A stretch of 64,000 nt of DNA, taken from positions 9,777-73,776 of the forward strand of contig VBLP01000125.1 of NCBI GenBank assembly GCA_005887925.1, given 5' to 3'. The DNA is from Deltaproteobacteria bacterium. Lineage in GTDB: Bacteria > Myxococcota_A > Polyangia > Haliangiales > Haliangiaceae. The notes beneath the pieces are model-generated. The model saw only the letters and a program-made list of their open reading frames with translations. It made no database searches and had not been told where the DNA came from. The translations under genes and the position numbers were made by a program. Positions 12,285 through 21,410 of the stretch are shown here, one piece after another; position 1 is the stretch's first letter; each line of letters opens with the position of its first letter.

Positions 12285-13046
12285 TCAGCGGAAGTTGATC
12301 TCGGTGCAGCCCGCCCCGCACGGCCCGGCGTCGCGGCGGACGGCATAGACGGCGACGACGCCGCCGGCGATGACGCCGCCCACGACGGCCCAGAACGGCC
12401 ACTTCTTCCAGACCGGGGTGTCCTCGGCGCGCGAGGTCGCGAGCGGCGCGGCCGGTGCGGGGTCGCCGGAGGTCATGCCGGGCGGTTGCGCGCGGGTCGC
12501 CGACGGCGGCAACAGCGGCAGCGGCTCGCGCGCTGGTTCCGGCGGGACGGTGGTCACCGCAGGTGGCGGCGGGGCTGCGCGATCCGGAGGCGATGCACCA
12601 GCCGCGCGATCGAGATCGTCGAGCCGGGCGCGCGCCGTGGCGGACAGCGCGCTGGTCGGATCGACGCGCAGGAACTCGAGGTAGCTCTCGCGCGCCCTGG
12701 CGACATCGCCGCTGGCGCGCGCGGCCTCGGCCATGTTGAACAGGAACAGCGGGCGCTTGGTCACCGCATAGCCGGCCGCGAACTCGCGATACGCGGCCGC
12801 GTAGTCGCCGGCGGCGCTCAGCCGCTGACCGCGCTGGAAGTGCGCTCGGCCGGCGGCATCGGCGGCCGCGGTCCTCGCATCCGGTGGATCGGCCCACGCG
12901 CGCGGGGCGTGGATCGGTGCCAGGAGCAACGTCAAGAGCAACGTCAGGAGGAACGCCCGGCATGACGCCCGGTGTGACGAAGATCCCGAGGGCCATGGCG
13001 ATGCGCGGCGGATCGGTGTCATGGGGCGCTCCAGGTCAGTTGCCAT
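12285..13046 (-). CDS. TPR-like secreted protein with C-terminal membrane anchor
   Basis: Leu-rich signal LLTLLLTLLLAPIHA. TPR-like helices GDYAAAYREFAAGYAV...ARESYLEFLRVDP. A Pro-rich linker, then the TM segment WPFWAVVGGVIAGGVVAVYAV. Only 4 nt separate its stop from the start of the downstream lipoprotein gene. Confidence 0.6.
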   Translation of the reverse strand: MATDLERPMTPIRRASPWPSGSSSHRASCRAFLLTLLLTLLLAPIHAPRAWADPPDARTAAADAAGRAHFQRGQRLSAAGDYAAAYREFAAGYAVTKRPLFLFNMAEAARASGDVARARESYLEFLRVDPTSALSATARARLDDLDRAAGASPPDRAAPPPPAVTTVPPEPAREPLPLLPPSATRAQPPGMTSGDPAPAAPLATSRAEDTPVWKKWPFWAVVGGVIAGGVVAVYAVRRDAGPCGAGCTEINFR

Positions 13047-15507
13047 GAGAGAACGGATCGACGATCAGCACGTCCTTCGCGTCGTCGGACCGCGGCTTCT
13101 TGGGCGGTTTTCTGTCCGGCGGCTTCGGACGAGGACGATGTGGCGCGGTGGCGGCGCCGGGCGGCTCGATCGGCGTGGCAACGCCGGGCTCGCTGCGTTG
13201 CTCGGAAGGCGGGCTCGCGGGCGCCGGCGCGGCGGTGCGAGCGGCGTCGTCGGGCTGTGCAGGCACGGTGAGCGGTGCTGCGGGCACCGCGAGCGGCGCC
13301 GGCACCGGGGCGGGCTCCGCGGCGCGGTACGACGACTCGCCGATCCCCACGACCAGCACCGCCGCGGCCAGCGCTGCAGCGGCCAGCACGCCACCGCCGA
13401 TCATCAGCGCGGTGCGCGCGCGCGGCCGGTCGTGGGGCGCCGTGACGGGACCGAGCGCGCCGCCCGTGCTCGCCTCGCGCTCGCCATGGTCCATCACCGC
13501 GGTGTCGGCGCGACCGAGCTGCGTCGGCGCCTCCAGATCCGCCATGTGGCGTCGATCGATCGATAGGGGGCTTTCCCGCCCCCTCTGGACCGGCACAGCC
13601 GGTCCATTCACCCCTCCGCGCGTCGCGTCGCGCGGTCGGTCAATCGGCGGACGGCGGTCCGTGGGCGCCGCGTCGAGCGCCGCCGCCTCCGGCGGGACAT
13701 CCATCGGCATGGTCTGGCCGCCGAGATCGTCCGATCGCGGCCAGCGCGCCACCTCGTCGAGGACCCACAGCATCGACGGCGCCCGCTCGTCGGGGTCGCG
13801 CGCGATCATCCTGCGGATGGTGTGGGCCACCGCGTCCGGAATCCCGGCGCCGCGCGGATCGGGCGGATCCTCGGTCGCCTTCGACGACAGGATCACGGGG
13901 ACCTCGCCGACGAACGGCGGGGCCCCGGTCAGCATGTGGAACGCCGTGGCGCCGAGGCTGTAGACATCGGTCCGCACGTCGACCTCGTGGCCGAACACCT
14001 GCTCCGGGGCGCAGTACGAGGGCGTCCCCAGGAACGCGCCGGTCAGGGTCTGGGTGGCCGAGCGGTTGCCTATCACCTTGGCGATCCCGAAGTCGAGCAC
14101 CTTGACCTCGAGCGGCGGCGCGCCGGGGGACGAGCCGCTCGCCGTGAGCCTGGCGGAGCGGACGGTCCGGTCCGGGGCGACCAGGAACAGGTTGTCGGGC
14201 TTGAGGTCTCTGTGGATCAGCCCGGCGTCGTGCGCCAGCAGCAGCGCGCGCGCGGTCTGCTCGAGGATCTGGGCGGTCTGGGCCACCGGCAGCGTGCCGT
14301 CGCGGCCGAGCCGCTGGCCGAGCGTCTCGCCCTCGAAGTACTCCATCACTGCGTAGGGCAGGCCGGTCGACGTGGTGCCGAAATCGAAGTAGCGGGGGAA
14401 CGCGGGGCTATCGATCTGGCTCGACGCGCGCGCCTCCTGGATGAAGCGCTCGACGGTCTCGGGGCTGCGCTGCGGCAGGAGCACCTTGATCGCCACCTTG
14501 CTGCCGATCACCGGGTGCTCGCCGAGGTAGACCCGGCCGGTGCCGCCCGAGCCGAGCAGCGCCACGACCCGGTAGCTGCCGATCATCGCCGGGATGTCGG
14601 GCGGGTCGCCCGGCCGCGCCGCGTCCGGCGCACCCGGCGCCGGCTCGAGCGCGCGCAGCGTCGCCTCGATCTCGTCGAGGCGGGGCCGCAGCATCGGGTT
14701 GCGCAGCCGGCACGCCCGGACCAGCTCGTCGAGCCGCCCCGGCAGCGCGAGCGCCGGATCCTGCTCGTTCATCCCGACCGGATCATCGCTGAGCGCGTCG
14801 CCGGCGCAGCGGCCCTCCGGCGGCGGCCGGCCGGTCAACAGCTCGTGCGCGATCACGCCGAGGCCGAGGATGTCGTCGCGCGGATCGGCGTCCGCGACCG
14901 CCGGGCCGAACTCGGACAGCCTGGCGACCAGGCGCCGGCCGTTGCCGACGACCAGCACCTTGTCGAGCGACAGCTGGCCGTCCACGACGCCGCGTCCGTG
15001 CGCCGCCGCGATCGCGCGCGCGATCTGCAGGAGCAGCGGCACCGCGCTCGGCCACGGCAGCGGTCCGGCGCGGCGGATCATCGCCGCCGCGGTCGGCCCG
15101 GCCGGCGGCTCCGTCACCAGGTAGCTCACGCCGAGCGCGGCGTCGCGGCCGAAGTCGACGATGCCGGCGATGTGGTCGTGCGCGAGGGCGGCGAGCGCGG
15201 CGGCATCGCGCAGGAAGCGCTGCTCGGCCTCGGTGACCGCGCCGGACGCCCGCGCCGGTGCGCGCAGGATCTTGACCGTCACCGCGCGTCCGGCGGGGAC
15301 CGCGTGCGCCCCGAACAGGAACGAGGCCTGTCCGGCGGCGATCAGGGTGTCGACCTCGTAGCGCCCTGCGATCGAGAACGGCCGATGCACCCCGCCGTGC
15401 GCGGGGCAGTAGGGGCCCACCTCGACCACCTGACAGAGGGAACAGAGCTCGCTCATACCGTACGCGACGCACCAACTGCGATCGTGTCGCGCGTGCGTGT
15501 CAACCAT
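13036..15507 (-). CDS. Tandem pseudokinase + Ser/Thr kinase with C-terminal TM segment
   Basis: ORF 13036..15708; likely starts are 15507 (MVDTH) or 15456 (MSELCSLCQ, Cys-rich). Domain 1 has VTVKIL but lacks HRD/DFG (VVDGQLSLDKVLV, LSEFG). Domain 2 is canonical (VAIKVL, HRDLKPDNLFL, DFGIAK, GTPSYCAPEQ). A TM segment ALMIGGGVLAAAALAAAVLVVGIG and a Pro-rich tail follow. Confidence 0.8.
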   Translation of the reverse strand: MVDTHARHDRSWCVAYGMSELCSLCQVVEVGPYCPAHGGVHRPFSIAGRYEVDTLIAAGQASFLFGAHAVPAGRAVTVKILRAPARASGAVTEAEQRFLRDAAALAALAHDHIAGIVDFGRDAALGVSYLVTEPPAGPTAAAMIRRAGPLPWPSAVPLLLQIARAIAAAHGRGVVDGQLSLDKVLVVGNGRRLVARLSEFGPAVADADPRDDILGLGVIAHELLTGRPPPEGRCAGDALSDDPVGMNEQDPALALPGRLDELVRACRLRNPMLRPRLDEIEATLRALEPAPGAPDAARPGDPPDIPAMIGSYRVVALLGSGGTGRVYLGEHPVIGSKVAIKVLLPQRSPETVERFIQEARASSQIDSPAFPRYFDFGTTSTGLPYAVMEYFEGETLGQRLGRDGTLPVAQTAQILEQTARALLLAHDAGLIHRDLKPDNLFLVAPDRTVRSARLTASGSSPGAPPLEVKVLDFGIAKVIGNRSATQTLTGAFLGTPSYCAPEQVFGHEVDVRTDVYSLGATAFHMLTGAPPFVGEVPVILSSKATEDPPDPRGAGIPDAVAHTIRRMIARDPDERAPSMLWVLDEVARWPRSDDLGGQTMPMDVPPEAAALDAAPTDRRPPIDRPRDATRGGVNGPAVPVQRGRESPLSIDRRHMADLEAPTQLGRADTAVMDHGEREASTGGALGPVTAPHDRPRARTALMIGGGVLAAAALAAAVLVVGIGESSYRAAEPAPVPAPLAVPAAPLTVPAQPDDAARTAAPAPASPPSEQRSEPGVATPIEPPGAATAPHRPRPKPPDRKPPKKPRSDDAKDVLIVDPFSHGN

Positions 15508-15740
15508 CGCACACTCCCCGCCGCCGGTGGGCTCGGTCGCGACCGGCTTGCGGCCGGCAGCGGGAGCCGCGTCACTCCGTGCACTTGGCCATGTACCCGG
15601 CGGATCCTGCGGCGCGCAGCGACTCCTGGGCGCACATGCGCGGTGCGGGGCGAGCGCGCGGGTCCGGCCGGCGAGCGCGCGTCGGATCGAGGGAGCTAAC
15701 CGATACAACGCCGCGAGTGGACTGCTATCGTGCCCCGTAG

Positions 15741-17105
15741 ATGCGCGTCCTCGTGCAACACCCTCGCAGCGCGGCCGCGCTGATCGGGATCGCGCTGGCG
15801 GCTGTCGAGCATCCGGCGGCAGCGCAGCAGACCGACGTCGAGGCCAACGCGACGGCCAACCTCGGATACAACCAGCAGACGCAGTCGGTGTTCGTGCCCG
15901 ATCCGAACGGCCAGCCGCAGGACATGCCGAGCAGCACGAGCAACCGGCTGTTCCTCGAGATCCGCCCCGGGATCTCGCTGCAGAGCGGCTCGCCGCGGCT
16001 GGCCTGGAGCGCCGGCTACATCTTCTCCGGAACGCTCGCGGTGGTCGGTGACCAGAGCGCGTCCTACTCCAACGCAGCCAACGCGTCGCTCGCGGCGCAG
16101 GCGACCAAGTTCACCACGGTGACGATCGCGGCCAACGCCGCGCAGGGCGGCACGTCGTTCCAGCTCACCGCGCGGCCGGCCGACGCCGGGCAGCCCGAGC
16201 TCCGCGCTCCCGGCAGCCCCGACCAGGTCTCGGCGACGCTGGCGGAGACGCTGTCCAACGAGCTGGCCAAGCACCTCACGCTGCAGCAGGCGCTGGTCGG
16301 GGCGATCAGCGCGCCGCAGGACGCGATCGGCCAGCGCAACTCCGCGGTGAGCGGCTCGCTCGCCCTCGATCAGCTGTTCGAGACCGACACGATCGGGGCC
16401 GAGGTCCACGGCAGCGTGTCGTGGCTGCGGCCGCTGCGGCTCGTCCAGAACCCGTACAAGAGCTACACGAGCTCGATCCAGGCGCACTGGAACCACGACT
16501 TCACGGCGGGCTGGAACGCGATGGTGAGCGCGGGGATCGAGCAGGTGTTCACCGACACCGGCAGCAGGCCGCTGGCGTTCCTGCCCGCCGGGGCGCTGTC
16601 GGTGCGCTACGCGCTCGGCGAGAGCATCGGCGGCGCGTTCGACTTCAGCCACGGCACCGCGACCAACCTCCAGGTCGGCTCGATCTCGCTGACCGATCGC
16701 GCCACGGTGCACGGCAACGTCGCGATCGACACCCGCGAGGCGCGCGCGATCGCGTTCTCGGCGGGCTTCCTCCACAACGAGCCGCTCGGCGAGACCTCCG
16801 CGGTGATCGCCGCGGGCACCGGCAACGCCGCACAGCTCGACGCCGGGTTCACGACCCGGGTCGCCAAGAACGTGCTCGGGGTCGCGCGCTACAGCTTCGC
16901 GTACCAGTTCGGCCAGGGCGGCAACCTGCCGTCGACGGTGGCCCACGTGTTCTACCTCGGCGTCAGCGCCAGCATCCGCAACACCGATCGGGTGCTGCGC
17001 CCGGTGCCGGTGCGCGGCCATCGCGTCGATGGCACCGACAGCTTCGGCTTCCCCGACGTCGAGCCGCCCGAACCGCCGCCGGCCCCGCCGTCGGCACCGC
17101 CATGA
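15741..17105 (+). CDS. Secreted protein, candidate outer-membrane beta-barrel of the polysaccharide locus
   Basis: Signal peptide AALIGIALAAVEHPAAAQQ. The sequence is polar/aromatic-alternating and Cys-free, as is typical of OM barrels. The stop overlaps the next gene's start (ATGA, 17102-17105). The function is an inference only. Confidence 0.5.
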   Translation: MRVLVQHPRSAAALIGIALAAVEHPAAAQQTDVEANATANLGYNQQTQSVFVPDPNGQPQDMPSSTSNRLFLEIRPGISLQSGSPRLAWSAGYIFSGTLAVVGDQSASYSNAANASLAAQATKFTTVTIAANAAQGGTSFQLTARPADAGQPELRAPGSPDQVSATLAETLSNELAKHLTLQQALVGAISAPQDAIGQRNSAVSGSLALDQLFETDTIGAEVHGSVSWLRPLRLVQNPYKSYTSSIQAHWNHDFTAGWNAMVSAGIEQVFTDTGSRPLAFLPAGALSVRYALGESIGGAFDFSHGTATNLQVGSISLTDRATVHGNVAIDTREARAIAFSAGFLHNEPLGETSAVIAAGTGNAAQLDAGFTTRVAKNVLGVARYSFAYQFGQGGNLPSTVAHVFYLGVSASIRNTDRVLRPVPVRGHRVDGTDSFGFPDVEPPEPPPAPPSAPP

Positions 17106-18262
17106 CCCCCAGCGTCGTCCACGTGCTGTCGTCGTTCGGCATCGGCGGCCAGGAGCGGGTGGCGTACGATCTCGCGGTGTCGCAGCTGCGCGCCGGCTGC
17201 CGGGTCGCGGTGGTGTCGCTCGCGCCGCCGCCGGACGGGCCGCTGGCGGCCGAGCTCCGCGCGGCCGGCGTCGAGGTCGACCGGGTGGCGCGGTCGCGCC
17301 GCGGGATCGATCCGCTGCTGGTCGTTCGGCTCGCGCGGTGGCTTGGCCGGCGCGGCACGCAGCTCGTGCACACCCACAACCGGATGGCGCTGATCTACGG
17401 CGCGCCGGCGGCGCGGCTCGCGCGCGCGGTGGTGGTCCACACCAAGCACGGCTACAACCCCAAGGGGGGGACTCGCCTCCTGGCGGGCAACCTGGCCGGC
17501 CGGATGGTCCACGCCTTCGTCGCCGTGTCGGACGAGACCGCGGTGTTCGCCCGCAAGCGCCGCGAGGTCGACGAGCGCCGCCTGCACGTGATCCCCAACG
17601 GCATCGACCTCGGCCGGTTCCATCCCTCGCCCGCCGGGCGCGACCGCGTGCGCCGCGAGCTCGGCATCGACGCCGATGCCTGGGTGATCGGCACGGTCGG
17701 CCGGATCGCGGTCGAGAAGAACCACGCGCTGCTGGTCAAGGCGATCGCGCCGCTCGTCGGGCCGCGGACCCGGCTCATCATCGCCGGGGACGGGCAGCTC
17801 TTGCCGGCGGTGACCGAGCTGACCGGCTCGCTCGGGGTCGCGCCGTTCGTCCACCTCCTGGGCGCGCGGGGCGACGTTCCGGATATCCTCAATGCGCTCG
17901 ATACCTTCGTGCTGTCGTCCGACCTCGAGGGCCTGCCGCTGGTGGTGCTGGAGGCGATGGCCACCGGTCTGCCGGTGGTCTCGACCCGGGTCGGCGGCGT
18001 GCCCAACGTGCTCGACGAGGGTCAGACCGGGTTCCTGGTCCCGGCCGGCGACGAGCCGGCGCTGCGCGACCGCGTCGCCCAGCTGCGCACCGATCCGGCG
18101 ACCAACCGCGCGGTGGGCGAGCGTGCCCGGACCGCCGCGATCGAGCGGTTTTCGGCCGAACGCATGGCGCGCGACTATCTGGCGCTGTACGCGCGCGTGC
18201 TGGGGATCGATCCGTGGTACTCTGAGGCAAAGCGGGATGTGCGGGATCGTCGGTCTGTATAA
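17102..18262 (+). CDS. Glycosyltransferase family 4 (GT-B fold)
   Basis: ORF 16421..18262 trimmed to ATG 17102 (MTPSVVHVLSSFGIGGQE). The C-terminal E-x7-E region is SSDLEGLPLVVLEAMATGLPVVSTRVGG. Confidence 0.85.
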   Translation: MTPSVVHVLSSFGIGGQERVAYDLAVSQLRAGCRVAVVSLAPPPDGPLAAELRAAGVEVDRVARSRRGIDPLLVVRLARWLGRRGTQLVHTHNRMALIYGAPAARLARAVVVHTKHGYNPKGGTRLLAGNLAGRMVHAFVAVSDETAVFARKRREVDERRLHVIPNGIDLGRFHPSPAGRDRVRRELGIDADAWVIGTVGRIAVEKNHALLVKAIAPLVGPRTRLIIAGDGQLLPAVTELTGSLGVAPFVHLLGARGDVPDILNALDTFVLSSDLEGLPLVVLEAMATGLPVVSTRVGGVPNVLDEGQTGFLVPAGDEPALRDRVAQLRTDPATNRAVGERARTAAIERFSAERMARDYLALYARVLGIDPWYSEAKRDVRDRRSV

Positions 18263-20168
18263 CTTCGGGGGTACCGCCGAGGCGTCCGCACGTGACCGCG
18301 CGCTCGTCCAGGGGATGTGCGACCTCATCGTGCACCGCGGCCCCGACGACGGCGGGCTGTGGCAGAGCGACGACCGCCGCGTGGTCCTCGGCCACCGGCG
18401 GCTCAGCATCGTCGACATCAGCGCCGCCGGCCACCAGCCGATGTCCAACGAGGACGGCACGGTCTGGATCAGCTTCAACGGCGAGATCTACAACCACGCT
18501 GAGCTGCGCGCCGACCTCCGGCTCGACGACCGCCACCGCTTCCGGTCGCGCACCGACACCGAGGTGATCATCCACCTCTACGAGGAGCGCCAGGTCGAGG
18601 TCGTCGAGGCGATCGATGGGATGTTCGCGTTCGCGCTGTGGGACGGCGCGCGGCGGCGGCTGCTGCTCGCGCGCGACCGCATGGGCAAGAAGCCGCTGTA
18701 CTACGTGATCGCCGCCGGCCGCCTGCTGTTCGCGTCCGAGATCAAGGCGCTGCTCGCCCACCCCGACGTGGCGCGCCGCCTCGATCCGGTGGCGCTCAAC
18801 GAGTACCTGACGTTCTCCAACGTCCCCGAACCGCGGACCCTGTTCGAGGGCATCCGCAAGCTGCCGGCCGGCCACACCCTGGTGTGCGATCAGCACGGCA
18901 ACCTCACCATCGCGCGCTACTGGTCTCCGCTCGACGGTCCGCCGTGGGTCGCGCCCGCCAGCCGCGGCGAGGCGGTCGAGCGCGTCCGCGACCTGGTGAA
19001 GACGGCGGTCAAGAAGCGGCTGATGGCCGACGTCCCGGTCGGCGCGTTCCTCAGCGGCGGCGTCGACTCGTCGACCAACGTGGCGCTGATGAGCCGCCTG
19101 GTGTCGACCGCGCTCCAGACCTTCACCGTCGAGTTCACCGGCTTCGGGCCGGCGGAGAACTTCCACGACGTGCCCTACGCCCGCCAGGTCGCGTCGATGT
19201 TCGGCTGCCGCCACACCGAGGTCCCGGTGACCGCCGCCGAGGCGCTGGCCTACATCCCCGAGATGGTCCAGCACCAGGACGAGCCGCTCGGCGACCCGGC
19301 CTGCCTGCCGATGCACTTCGTGTCGCGCGCGACGCACCAGGCCGGCATCAAGGTCGTGCTGGTCGGCGAGGGCAGCGACGAGGTGTTCTGCGGCTATCCG
19401 GAGTTCCCGCGGCTGCTCGACCCGTTCAACGGCCGGTGGTCGCAGCTCAAGCGGATGCCGCAATTATTGCGCCGGGCGGTCAAGCGCGGGGCCGAGCTCG
19501 CAGGCGCGCCGAGCGGCCGGGTCGACGTGCTGCGGCGCGCCGCCGAGGACGAGCCGCTGTACCTCGGGCTCGACGTGGTGTTCTTCGACTGGGAGAAGAC
19601 CGAGCTGTACACGGCCGACGGCCGGCGGATGATGCCCGGCAAGGCGGCCGACACGGTCGCCGCCTACTACCGCGAGATCAACGAGCGCCGACCGGACGCC
19701 GACTTCAGCCAGCAGATGTCGTACATTGAGCTCCGCAACCGGCTCCCCGAGCTCCTGCTCATGCGGGTCGACAAGTTCTCGATGGCGCACTCGCTCGAGG
19801 CGCGCGCGCCGTTCCTCGATCACCAGCTCGCGACCTACGCGCTGTCACTACCTGCCGCCATGAAGATGAACGGGACCCGCACCAAGGCCGTCCTCAAGGA
19901 CGCGGCCCACGAGTGGCTGCCCGACGACGTCATCGAGCGCACCAAGCAGGGGTTCCGCGTGCCGCTGCCGGCGTGGCTGCGCGGCGAGCTCGCACCGTGG
20001 GCCGAGGACGTCCTGCGCCGCTCGCCGCTGCGCAAGCTCGGCATCTTCAACTTCGACCACATCCTCGAGCTGTGGCGGCGCCATCGCGACGGCGAGGCCG
20101 ACCACTCGTTCGACCTGTGGTGCCTGATCAACCTCTCGGGCTGGTACGAGCACTGGTTCGCGGCATGA
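18237..20168 (+). CDS. Asparagine synthetase (glutamine-hydrolysing) family amidotransferase
   Basis: ORF 17892..20168 trimmed to ATG 18237 (MCGIVGLYNF, Ntn Cys at position 2). The PP-loop is VGAFLSGGVDSS. It overlaps the GT4 gene by 26 nt. Confidence 0.88.
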   Translation: MCGIVGLYNFGGTAEASARDRALVQGMCDLIVHRGPDDGGLWQSDDRRVVLGHRRLSIVDISAAGHQPMSNEDGTVWISFNGEIYNHAELRADLRLDDRHRFRSRTDTEVIIHLYEERQVEVVEAIDGMFAFALWDGARRRLLLARDRMGKKPLYYVIAAGRLLFASEIKALLAHPDVARRLDPVALNEYLTFSNVPEPRTLFEGIRKLPAGHTLVCDQHGNLTIARYWSPLDGPPWVAPASRGEAVERVRDLVKTAVKKRLMADVPVGAFLSGGVDSSTNVALMSRLVSTALQTFTVEFTGFGPAENFHDVPYARQVASMFGCRHTEVPVTAAEALAYIPEMVQHQDEPLGDPACLPMHFVSRATHQAGIKVVLVGEGSDEVFCGYPEFPRLLDPFNGRWSQLKRMPQLLRRAVKRGAELAGAPSGRVDVLRRAAEDEPLYLGLDVVFFDWEKTELYTADGRRMMPGKAADTVAAYYREINERRPDADFSQQMSYIELRNRLPELLLMRVDKFSMAHSLEARAPFLDHQLATYALSLPAAMKMNGTRTKAVLKDAAHEWLPDDVIERTKQGFRVPLPAWLRGELAPWAEDVLRRSPLRKLGIFNFDHILELWRRHRDGEADHSFDLWCLINLSGWYEHWFAA

Positions 20169-21406
20169 ACGGCATGACCATGAACGGCACGACGATCAAC
20201 GGCAGGCACGTGGGGCCCCGGGCCGTCCTGTACATCATGGACACGCTCGGGCTGTCGGGCCGGACCAAGGGCATCATCGATCTCGCGCTCCACCTCGACC
20301 CGCAGCGCTACCGGCCGGTGTTCTGCTCGCTCGGTGAGGAATCGAGCGAGCTGGCCGACCGCCTGCGCGACCGCGGCGTGCCGATCGAGGTCCTGCCGCT
20401 GCCCGCCGGGCTCCGCCCCGACGGCGTGTGGAAGCTCGCGCAGCTGATCCGGCGGCTGGGGATCAGCGTCGTCCACCCGGTCAACCCCCGCCCGCTGCTC
20501 TACGCCGGGCTGGCGGCGCGGCTGACCGGCGTGCGCTCCGCCGTCGGCTCGCTGAGTGCGTTCGCCTGCCAGGTGCCGGACCGCGAGTACCGCTTCCTGC
20601 CGCAGGAGCTGGTCAACCGCGGCCGCCGCCAGGCGCTGCGCAACCAGATGGCGTGCCGGCTGATGCATCACGTGGTCGCCGTGTCCGACGAGCTCGGCGA
20701 GCGGTTCTGCCGGTTCACCGCCCAGGCCTCCGGCCCGATCGCGGGCCTGGGCTACTGGGGGCTGCGCCGCCGGATGCACACGATCAGCTACGGCATCGAC
20801 CTCGCGCCGTACCGCGCCGTCACCGCCGCCGAGGTCGCCGAGCTCCGGGCCCGCCTGGGTGCCAACGGCGAGACGATCCTGGTCGGCAGCGTCGGCCGCC
20901 TCGTCGAGCAGAAGGACTACCCGACCCAGCTCCGCGCGTTCGCGCTGGCCGCGCGCGCCGAACCGCGGCTGCGCATGGTGCTCGCCGGCGACGGCCCGCT
21001 GCGCGCCTCGATCGAGACCCACGCCGGCGAGCTCGGCATCACCGATCGGCTCGTCCTGCTGGGCCACTGGGTCCGCGTGCCCGCGCTGCTCCGCGCGCTC
21101 GACGTGTTCGTGCTGGCCTCGAAGTTCGAGCCCTACGGGGTCGCCTTGCTCGAGGCCAAGTGCGCCGGCAGCGCGATCGTGGCGACCGCGGTCAACGAGA
21201 TCCCCAAGCTGCTCAACGACGGCGTGACCGGCCTGGTCGTACCGGCCGAGTCCCCCGAGCCCATGGCGAAGGCGTTTCTCCGGATGGCGCAGGACGCCCC
21301 GCTGCGTCGTACCTTGGCGCAGAGCGCGCTCGCCGAGGCCGAGAACAAGCACAGTATCGACGCCGTCGCTCGCGCTTACCAGGCGTTGTACGATAATCCT
21401 TCTTGA
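20165..21406 (+). CDS. Glycosyltransferase family 4 (second copy)
   Basis: ORF 19913..21406 trimmed to ATG 20165 (ATGA overlap with the upstream stop). LYIMDTLGLSGRTKG and ASKFEPYGVALLEAKCAGSAIVATAV fit the GT4 pattern. Confidence 0.82.
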   Translation: MNGMTMNGTTINGRHVGPRAVLYIMDTLGLSGRTKGIIDLALHLDPQRYRPVFCSLGEESSELADRLRDRGVPIEVLPLPAGLRPDGVWKLAQLIRRLGISVVHPVNPRPLLYAGLAARLTGVRSAVGSLSAFACQVPDREYRFLPQELVNRGRRQALRNQMACRLMHHVVAVSDELGERFCRFTAQASGPIAGLGYWGLRRRMHTISYGIDLAPYRAVTAAEVAELRARLGANGETILVGSVGRLVEQKDYPTQLRAFALAARAEPRLRMVLAGDGPLRASIETHAGELGITDRLVLLGHWVRVPALLRALDVFVLASKFEPYGVALLEAKCAGSAIVATAVNEIPKLLNDGVTGLVVPAESPEPMAKAFLRMAQDAPLRRTLAQSALAEAENKHSIDAVARAYQALYDNPS

Positions 21407-21410
21407 ATCC

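Noticed and set aside
12921-12956. A 12-nt tandem repeat (CAGGAGCAACGT / CAAGAGCAACGT / CAGGAGGAACGC).
   Set aside because: It lies inside the TPR-protein gene and simply encodes the Leu/Thr-rich signal segment LLTLLLTLLLA. It is not an independent element.
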